Part shown: positions 33,618-40,220 of the stretch, piece after piece
Position numbering within the stretch: position 1 is the stretch's first letter
How the letters are laid out: the number at the start of each line of letters is the position of its first letter
DNA from: an uncultured Gemmatimonadota bacterium
GTDB lineage: Bacteria > Gemmatimonadota > Gemmatimonadetes > Palauibacterales > Palauibacteraceae
NCBI GenBank assembly: GCA_964392705.1
Contig: CAYMQZ010000005.1
Span: forward strand, 1 to 40,220
Reading direction: 5' to 3'
Length of the DNA stretch: 40,220 nucleotides
Notes under the pieces: model-generated
Seen by the model: the letters and a program-made list of their open reading frames with translations, nothing else
Told to the model about the DNA's origin: nothing
The model's database searches: none
Translations under genes and position numbers: made by a program

Positions 33618-35498
33618 GTGGATGCGGTCGCAGTGGTTCTCCTTCTCCTCGTGCTCGTCGCCTGGAGAATGTATCTGCGGGGCCAGCACAAGCAGCTCCA
33701 GCTCGCCCAGGAGCAATACGAATCCCTCTTCGAACACAACGTCGACGCGGTCGTCGCGGTCGATGCGAAGGGGACGGTCGATCGGGTGAACGCCGCGTTC
33801 GCGAAGCTCTCCGGCTACGAGGCCGAGGAGCTCGAGGGCGCCTTCTTCCCGTCGCTGATCTCCTCGCCCGACCGCGGCCGCGTGCTGGCGGTGCTCCAGC
33901 GGGCCACCCGCGGCGAGCCGAAGGCGTTCGAGACCGTGCTGCAGCAGAAGCAGGGCGGACAGGTGGAGATGGAGCTACTGACCATCCCGATCCTGGTGGG
34001 CGACCGCGTGGTCGGCGCCTACGAGATCGCCCGCGACATCAGAATGCGCAAGGAGTTCGAGCGGGAGCTGGAGAATCGGGCGCTGCACGACTACCTGACG
34101 GGCCTCCCGAACCGGGCGCTGTTCCAGGACCGGCTCGAGCACGCGCTGCAGCGCGTCGGCCGGCAGGGGCGAAAGGTGGCGCTCCTGTACTTCGACCTGG
34201 ACAAGTTCAAGGAGGTGAACGACACGGCGGGGCACGCCGTGGGCGACAGCCTCCTCTGCTCGGTAGCCTCCCGGCTCCGCTGCTTCCTGCGCGACGGCGA
34301 CACGGTGGCCCGGCTCGGCGGGGACGAGTTCGCCATCCTGATCGAGGACGTCGACGAGGGAGCCGAGGCCGTGGGGGCGGGCGAGCGGCTCATCGAGCTG
34401 TTCGAAGCGCCGTTCCGCCTGGACGGCAAGGAGCTCGAGTGCGGGGTGAGCGTCGGCGCCGCCGTGAGCTCGACCGATGCCGGGGACCCGGAGGAGCTCG
34501 TGCGACGGGCCGACCTGGCCATGTACGAGTCGAAGCGGAAGGGCGGCAACTGCTTCCAGCTCTACGTCCCGGAGCTCGAGGCCCCCGAGGCCTCGCCGGA
34601 GCAGGTGAAGACCGACCTGGATCTGGCGATCGAGCGCGAGGAGCTCACGCTGCACTACCAGCCGATCGTCGAGCTGGCCGGGACCTGGATCGTGGGCGTC
34701 GAGGCGCTCATCCGGTGGCAGCACGCCGAGCGCGGGCTGGTGCACCCGGCGGGCTTCCTGCCGGTCGCGGAGGATTCGGGCGTCATCCTGAACATGGAGC
34801 GATGGGTGCTTCGGCAGGGCTGCCGGCAGGTGCGCCGCTGGATGGAGCGCGGCCTGATCCAACGTCGGCCCTTCTACCTCAGCCTGAACCTCTCGGGCCG
34901 TTACCTGGCGCAGGAGAACGTCGTGCAGGAGTTGGCGACGATCCTGGAAGAGGAGGCGTTCTCGGCCGCATGGCTCCAGCTCGAGATCAGCGAGGGCGTG
35001 GTCAGCCGCTCGGTGGAGAAGATCGCCGCGTTGAAGTCGCTGGGCGTGAAGGTGGCGATCGACGACTTCGGCACCGGCGAATCGCCGCTCCGCTATCTCA
35101 TGGGCCTCAAGGTGGATGTCCTCAAGATCGATCGCTCCTTCGTGTTCGGGCTCGGCGGCGACCAGGCCTCCTCGACGATCGTGCGCACGATCCTGGCGCT
35201 GGCCGAGATGCTGAACCTGGAGGTGATCGTGGAAGGGATCGAGGAGCCCCTCCAGCTCGCCCGCCTGCAGGAGCTGGGAGGTCGCCTGGTCCAGGGCTTT
35301 TACTTCGGCGCCCCGGTCGACGCGGAAGCGTTCGAGCGCCTGCTTCGCGACGGCCTGCCCCCCTCGTGGGCCTGGAAGCCCGGAAGCCCTACGCCGGGGG
35401 CCGCGACGCGCGGCGGGCGCCGGTCAGCCACCGAGCGGGGAAGCGCATCCGCCGGGGAGCCACGCCCGATACCGTGGCGGGGAGCGGGGCCGGCCTAG
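33618..35498 (+). CDS. Membrane-anchored PAS-GGDEF-EAL c-di-GMP enzyme, 626 aa
   Basis: N-terminal TM; PAS (VNAAFAKLSGY..ARDI); HDYLTGLPNR; RDGD-TVARL-GGDEF; EALIRW, LEISE, DDFGTG, LKIDRSF, EGIE, QGF. Confidence 0.94.
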   Translation: MDAVAVVLLLLVLVAWRMYLRGQHKQLQLAQEQYESLFEHNVDAVVAVDAKGTVDRVNAAFAKLSGYEAEELEGAFFPSLISSPDRGRVLAVLQRATRGEPKAFETVLQQKQGGQVEMELLTIPILVGDRVVGAYEIARDIRMRKEFERELENRALHDYLTGLPNRALFQDRLEHALQRVGRQGRKVALLYFDLDKFKEVNDTAGHAVGDSLLCSVASRLRCFLRDGDTVARLGGDEFAILIEDVDEGAEAVGAGERLIELFEAPFRLDGKELECGVSVGAAVSSTDAGDPEELVRRADLAMYESKRKGGNCFQLYVPELEAPEASPEQVKTDLDLAIEREELTLHYQPIVELAGTWIVGVEALIRWQHAERGLVHPAGFLPVAEDSGVILNMERWVLRQGCRQVRRWMERGLIQRRPFYLSLNLSGRYLAQENVVQELATILEEEAFSAAWLQLEISEGVVSRSVEKIAALKSLGVKVAIDDFGTGESPLRYLMGLKVDVLKIDRSFVFGLGGDQASSTIVRTILALAEMLNLEVIVEGIEEPLQLARLQELGGRLVQGFYFGAPVDAEAFERLLRDGLPPSWAWKPGSPTPGAATRGGRRSATERGSASAGEPRPIPWRGAGPA

Positions 35499-35530
35499 TG
35501 CTCGCCGGCGAGCACTAGCTGACGCGCGAC

Positions 35531-35546
35531 GGGAACGTCCCTTGCA
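35531..35546 (+). promoter_or_regulatory. Possible sigma54 (-24/-12) promoter
   Basis: GGGAACG-TCCC-TTGCA; GG(35532-35533)-N10-GC(35544-35545). Confidence 0.4.
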
Positions 35547-35558
35547 ACGGAATCGGGC

Positions 35559-35897
35559 GTGCTCAAAGCATTGCTCGGCGTTCTCATCGGCATCTGGACG
35601 GCCACGATCGCGGGCGCGGCGGTCCTCGCGGTACGCTTTTATCTGAAAGAGCGGCGCGCGGGCGGCCTCGTCCGGATGGGCCGTCCCGTCGGGCCGACCC
35701 AGGCCCTGCAGGCCGCGGGGGCGGGGCCTACCGGCGCCGAGAGCCGCTCGGCCGTCCCCGATCAGAGGGTTGCGACCGAGGAGCGGGCGCCCGCCGCGTT
35801 TCCCAGCCGGCCGTTCATCGTCCTGCCGGGGAGCCGCGTGAAGCGTCGCGGGCGTCGGCGACGCCGCTCCGCGCCCGAGCAGCTGCTGGTGAGGTAG
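35559..35897 (+). CDS. Hypothetical small protein with N-terminal TM helix and basic tail
   Basis: LLGVLIGIWTATIAGAAVLAV hydrophobic stretch; fills an otherwise empty gap; no recognised domain. Confidence 0.5.
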   Translation: MLKALLGVLIGIWTATIAGAAVLAVRFYLKERRAGGLVRMGRPVGPTQALQAAGAGPTGAESRSAVPDQRVATEERAPAAFPSRPFIVLPGSRVKRRGRRRRRSAPEQLLVR

Positions 35898-36030
35898 GCC
35901 CACCACACGTTCGCTCGCCGATCGTTGCGCGGACGCGCACGGTCCGGACCCGTACGATCCGGAGGGGCGAGGCCCCTAGGCGGCGAGCGCGGTCGGCAGC
36001 CGTCGAGTGGGGTCCGGGTCCGGGTCGGGA

Positions 36031-36270
36031 TCAGAAGCGCTCGATCCGCCTGTCTCCGGACAATTTCCCCTGTCCGACGATCCGCTTCGGAACGCCGGAG
36101 GCGCTCCGCTTCGCATCGTCGTCCGTCACCCCGACGAGCTCGGGGCGGTCGGCCACGATCGTCGTTCGCTCGCCGAGGGCGGTCGGCCCGCCGTCGCAGG
36201 CGCCCAGGCTGAGCGCCAGCAGGGCGCCGAGCGCCGCGATCGCCATTTGCGCCTTCCACTGCGCGCACAT
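36031..36270 (-). CDS. Small putative lipoprotein, 79 aa
   Basis: RBS gaggagg; hydrophobic signal and lipobox LGA-C followed by DGGPT. Confidence 0.62.
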   Translation of the reverse strand: MCAQWKAQMAIAALGALLALSLGACDGGPTALGERTTIVADRPELVGVTDDDAKRSASGVPKRIVGQGKLSGDRRIERF

Positions 36271-36380
36271 CGTCGCCTCCTCGTCCTGGGGGAAGGCCTC
36301 GGCCGGGTCCACGAGATGGGGGCCCGACCCGCCGTGCGCTCAGAATGGCGGCTTCGGGTCACCCGGCGGTCACGCCTTCG

Positions 36381-36755
36381 TCATCGCGAGTTGACGGACC
36401 CGCGCCGCTGGCGCGGGTATCCCCGATTCTTCTCGACCATGCCGGCGACCGAAGTGCGGCCCACGGTGAGGAGGGCCTGGAAACGGCCGGCGACGCGAAC
36501 GCGGGCTCCCTCGCGCGGCACCCCGTGCCCGTCGCTCACGATGAGGAGCGTGCCGGTTCCGTCGTCCACCTGGTACGCTCCGTATCCGAGGGCGCCGGCC
36601 GCGTTCACCACCTGGCCCTCGACGCGCACGACCTCGCCGTCGAAGCGATAAGGGTCGTCGAGCAGGCGACCGATCGGCCGACTGCTGGCGCAGCCCGCCA
36701 GGAGGATCACGATTCCGACCGCCCCCGGGAGCCACATCGCTCGCGCCGCGCGCAT
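36381..36755 (-). CDS. OB-fold lipoprotein, 124 aa
   Basis: Lipobox LAG-C; IGRLLDDPYRFDGEVVRVEGQV..YQVDDGTGTL.IV..GARVRVAG. Confidence 0.8.
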   Translation of the reverse strand: MRAARAMWLPGAVGIVILLAGCASSRPIGRLLDDPYRFDGEVVRVEGQVVNAAGALGYGAYQVDDGTGTLLIVSDGHGVPREGARVRVAGRFQALLTVGRTSVAGMVEKNRGYPRQRRGSVNSR

Positions 36756-36857
36756 GATCTTCCCCCCTTTGTCGCCGTGTGCGGAGCCCTGCCGGTCCAC
36801 CCTCGCTCCCGTTCCCTTGACGTCGCACGGGTCGGCCGGGTCACGCTACCTTCGGTC

Positions 36858-38222
36858 ATGCGATCCGCCGACGACGACGTGTGGGAGGAGCTCCCGGCGC
36901 TCGCCTCGCCCGACTACGCGATCGACGAGCGGCCGGCCCGCTGGTGGGAGTCGCTGCTGTACGGATGGCAGCACACGCTGGTGGACATATCGCCCTTCGT
37001 GCTGCCGCTGGCCGTGGCGGCGGCGATCGGGATGACCGCGTCCGAGACGGCCTCCTTCATCAACTTCTGCCTCTTCTCCATGGGGGTGGCCACGCTGATC
37101 CAGACGACGGTCGGCAACCGGCTTCCGATCATCCAGGGGCCGTCGGCGACCCTGACCGGGACGGTGGCGCCCGTGGCCGCGCAGCTCGGAGCCGGCGCCA
37201 TGTGGGGCGGCGTGCTGGTGGGCGCCATCGTCGAGATGGCCGTCGGCGCGACCCGGGCGCTCTCCGTTCTCCGTCGACTCTTCCCGCCGGCCGTCGCGGG
37301 CGTCGTGGTGCTCACGATCGCCCTCGCGCTGGGCGAGGTGGCCGTGCGGTTGAGCGTCGGCGACGGGAGCGGGCGGAGCTTCGCCCTGGCGGGCTCGGTG
37401 ATCGCGCTCGTGGCCCTCCTCCAGACCCGGCTCCGGGGCGTGGCGGGAGGCCTGATCGCCCGCGCCGCCATCTTCGTCTCCATCTGGGCCGTCGGACTGG
37501 GTCTGGGCGGCCTCCTGGGCGAGGTGGACTGGTCCCTCGTCGCGGCGAAGCCGTGGCTCGCGGTCCCGGCGCTGTTTCCGTGGGGCGGGCCGGGCTTCGG
37601 CTGGGAGATCTCGGCGGCCGCCGTCCTGGCGATCCTGGCGGGTTACTTCGGCTCGATGGTCGAGTCTCTGGGCGACTACGCGGCCACCTGCGCGGTGGCG
37701 GGGGAGCGCTACACGGTGCGGCACATGAATCGCGGGATCTTCGCCGAGGGGCTCGGCAGCGTAGTCGCCGCGGCGTTCGGGGGGCTCCCGTGCACGAGCT
37801 ACACGCAGAACGTCGGGATCATCGCCGCCACGCGCGTGGCGAGCCGCTTCGTGGTGCAGATCGCCGCCATGATCCTCCTGCTGTACGGGCTGAGCCCCAA
37901 GTTCGGGGCCCTGCTCGTCGCGCTTCCCCGTCCGGTGCTCGGCGGCGTGTTCGTGATCGTGTGCGGGATGATCGCGTTGTCCGGGGTCCGGCTCCTCTCG
38001 GCCGCCCGGGACACCGCGGCGAACTACCTGGTGGCGGGGACGACGCTCATCCTGGCCGTGGGCGTGCCGGTGCAGGTCCGGTTCGGGCTCGGAGAGGCCT
38101 GGCTCGAGGGGCGACCCGTGCTGCTCCGGTTGCTGCTCACGAACTCCGTGGTGCTGGCGGTGCTCCTGGCCGTGAGCCTGCACCTTTGCCTCCAACTGCT
38201 TCCCGGGCGCGGCTGCCGCTAG
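36858..38222 (+). CDS. NCS2 (uracil/xanthine) nucleobase permease, 454 aa
   Basis: YGWQH (TM1 QH); GNRLPIIQGPS; ESLGD; RGIFAEG; signature SYTQNVGIIAATRV; PKFGA..P.PVLGG. Confidence 0.92.
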   Translation: MRSADDDVWEELPALASPDYAIDERPARWWESLLYGWQHTLVDISPFVLPLAVAAAIGMTASETASFINFCLFSMGVATLIQTTVGNRLPIIQGPSATLTGTVAPVAAQLGAGAMWGGVLVGAIVEMAVGATRALSVLRRLFPPAVAGVVVLTIALALGEVAVRLSVGDGSGRSFALAGSVIALVALLQTRLRGVAGGLIARAAIFVSIWAVGLGLGGLLGEVDWSLVAAKPWLAVPALFPWGGPGFGWEISAAAVLAILAGYFGSMVESLGDYAATCAVAGERYTVRHMNRGIFAEGLGSVVAAAFGGLPCTSYTQNVGIIAATRVASRFVVQIAAMILLLYGLSPKFGALLVALPRPVLGGVFVIVCGMIALSGVRLLSAARDTAANYLVAGTTLILAVGVPVQVRFGLGEAWLEGRPVLLRLLLTNSVVLAVLLAVSLHLCLQLLPGRGCR

Positions 38223-38246
38223 CAGGCGGAGCTCCTCGTCGACCTC

Positions 38247-40211
38247 TCAAAACGCCCGGCACGCCCTCCGGGCCGTCTCCTCGGCCTCCGCGGAGACGCG
38301 CACCCGTCGCAGGGCGTCCGTCAGTGTCCGGTCGTATCCGTAGAGGTCGTCCCGGAAGTTCACCTCCCCGGTCGGGTCGACGAACGCGGTCAGGTAGAGG
38401 ATGTACACGGGGATCGCCTCCGGAACCCGAACGCGCCGCGTCGTCGTCTCGGACATGGCCTCGTCGACGCGCGAGGCGGTCCAGCCGGTGTCCCGGAGCA
38501 CCCACGTCGCCAGCTCCCCGGGCTCGGCGACCCGGATGCAGCCGTGGCTGAACGCGCGCTCGGTCCGCTCGAACAGCTCCGGCTCCGGCGTGTCGTGCAG
38601 GTAGATGGCGTGCGCGTTCGGGAACACGAACTTGACTCGGCCCAACGCGTTGTAGGGACCGGGCCGTTGCCGGATTCGCCACCCGCCGTCGGCGACCCGC
38701 GACCAGTCGAAGCTGGCGGGATCGGGACCCACCTCCGGCACGCCGGAGCGCTCGACGCCCGGCGGCTCCTCCGCACCGTCGTCGTCGCTCGCGTCCTCCC
38801 CGTCGTCCGAACCCTCCCCGTCGTCCGAGCCCTCCCCCTCGGGCGGCACCAGCTCGTAGCCGTTGGCCGCCAGGAAGCTGGGATCCTGCAGCGCCTCGGG
38901 GACGATCTCGGCGCGCGCGATGTTCTCCGGGACCCACCAGTACGGGGCGAAGTCGATGTGGGAGAGCGTGTCGGAGAACACGGGAGTCGATCGGCCCCGA
39001 AACTGTTCTCCCACGATGACGGGCATCCGCAACGCCACGCGCTCCCCTTCGCGCGCCTCCAGGTCGAACGCCGGGAGATTCACGAGAATGTGACGCTCTC
39101 CGAGCCGGGATGGCAGGAAGCGCCAACGCTCCAGGTTCAGCCCGATCTGACGGATCCGGTCCTCCACGGGAACGTTGAGGGCGGACAGCGTCTTCCCTTC
39201 CACGACGCCCGTCGCCCGCAGACCGTGGCGCCCCTGGAAGCGCCGGACCGCCGCCTCGACGTCTTCGTCGAAGACGCGCGACGTCGGCCGTCTCAGGAGG
39301 CGCGAGATCAGGCCGGGCCCTCCGAGATCGCCCGTGGCGGCGAGCCGCTCGCGCAGGGCCGCGACCCCCGGGCCGTTATCGCCCGGCCGATACGTTCCCT
39401 CCGGGACCGGAGGCCAGCCGCCGGCCTCCGCGATCCGGCGGTAGCGGGCCAGGGCCGAGCGAAGGCCCGCGTATGCGGCGTGCGAGGGGCGGAGGGACGC
39501 CAGAACCTCCCCGACCTCCTCCGCGGCCGTCAGGCTGCGCAGGACGGCCGCAGGCTCGACGGCCCGTGCCGGCAGGTGGATCTCGGCTCCACGCTGCCGC
39601 GGCGCGATCCGGCCGGTCGCCACGTCGGTCGCGTAGCGTGCCATGGACGCGCTCAGCAGAAGATCCAGGCCCGCGAGGGCCCGCGAGCGGCTCGCTGCGC
39701 GGTCGGTCGGGTCCTTCCCGTCGATCGGCTCCTCCGGATCCGTCGGCTTCTCCGGGTCCGTCGGCTTCTCCGGGTCGCTCGGCCGATCGCCGTTCGGCCC
39801 CCGCACGGCCTCCAGGGCGTCGACGATCCCGGCCACGTCGTAGCGCGCGACGTCCAACCCCTCCAGGGGGGCCGAGCAGGCGAGCTCGAGAAAAGCGCGT
39901 GCCCGCCGCGAAAGTCCCCCTTCCCGGATCCACGCCGGCGTTCCCTCCCGCTCGGCGTAGAAGTCGGCCAGCGCCGCCCGGTCCGGAGGCTCTGGCGGCA
40001 GCCGCAGCGAGTCCGGGGATGGCCCGCCGGACGCGAATTCCGCCAGCGCCGCGCGGACCGCGGGGTCCGGCTCGTCGGCGCAGCCGAGGACAAGCCCGGC
40101 CACCACGGCGAGCCCCAGGACCGTCCCGAGCGCCGTCGTGGCGAAGGAGCGGGCGGGACGATCGCGTGGATCGGTCGTCGCGTGCCGTGGACCGCGGGTT
40201 CGTGCGCTCAC
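38247..40211 (-). CDS. L,D-transpeptidase, YcbB/LdtD type (scaffold + PG-binding + YkuD), putative lipoprotein
   Basis: VLG-C lipobox; FYAEREG.PAW; AVRRFQGRHGL..TGV; NLERWR; RQRPGPYNALG.VKF.FPN..IYLHDTP..FSHGCIRV. The frame stays open to the window edge, so the start may lie upstream. Confidence 0.92.
   Translation of the reverse strand: MSARTRGPRHATTDPRDRPARSFATTALGTVLGLAVVAGLVLGCADEPDPAVRAALAEFASGGPSPDSLRLPPEPPDRAALADFYAEREGTPAWIREGGLSRRARAFLELACSAPLEGLDVARYDVAGIVDALEAVRGPNGDRPSDPEKPTDPEKPTDPEEPIDGKDPTDRAASRSRALAGLDLLLSASMARYATDVATGRIAPRQRGAEIHLPARAVEPAAVLRSLTAAEEVGEVLASLRPSHAAYAGLRSALARYRRIAEAGGWPPVPEGTYRPGDNGPGVAALRERLAATGDLGGPGLISRLLRRPTSRVFDEDVEAAVRRFQGRHGLRATGVVEGKTLSALNVPVEDRIRQIGLNLERWRFLPSRLGERHILVNLPAFDLEAREGERVALRMPVIVGEQFRGRSTPVFSDTLSHIDFAPYWWVPENIARAEIVPEALQDPSFLAANGYELVPPEGEGSDDGEGSDDGEDASDDDGAEEPPGVERSGVPEVGPDPASFDWSRVADGGWRIRQRPGPYNALGRVKFVFPNAHAIYLHDTPEPELFERTERAFSHGCIRVAEPGELATWVLRDTGWTASRVDEAMSETTTRRVRVPEAIPVYILYLTAFVDPTGEVNFRDDLYGYDRTLTDALRRVRVSAEAEETARRACRAF
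39701..39790. repeat. 18-bp in-frame tandem repeat (DPEKPT-like) within the L,D-transpeptidase
   Basis: ccgtcggcttctccgggt x2 (39740-39775) with degenerate flanking copies. Confidence 0.8.
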
Positions 40212-40220
40212 GTCGATTCT

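Overview
Very GC-rich (roughly 70%+ by eye) diderm bacterial DNA. The ADOP-type permeases with a coupled PadR gene suggest Gemmatimonadota or Acidobacteriota (inference). I can support about 30 real CDSs; most of the six-frame ORF track is GC-rich shadow ORFs. In order: a 5'-truncated PAS-GAF-GGDEF diguanylate cyclase; an orphan 3' fragment of a FAD oxidoreductase gene; two convergent ADOP (MacB/FtsX-type) permeases, one in a BNR-repeat protein-PadR-permease unit with a clear promoter and palindromic operator; a minus-strand six-gene cluster (4-TM protein, two B12-dependent radical SAM enzymes, two GNAT-fold proteins, GH3 acyl-adenylate enzyme); the full-length secreted FAD oxidoreductase; an eight-gene glyco-operon (4 glycosyltransferases, MsbA/PglK-like ABC exporter, kinase-pseudokinase, internally duplicated methyltransferase, outer-membrane beta-barrel); then Yip1, ArsR-SRPBCC, PAS-GGDEF-EAL, small lipoproteins, an NCS2 permease and an L,D-transpeptidase. 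The best candidate for an undescribed system is the radical SAM x2/GNAT x2/GH3 operon. It sits inside a 15,445-bp-period unit bounded by a 578-bp identical direct repeat whose adjacent 94-bp tails are recoded versions of the same C-terminus. No rRNA, tRNA, CRISPR array, transposase or integrase was seen. All family assignments come from motif recognition by eye; no database search was run.
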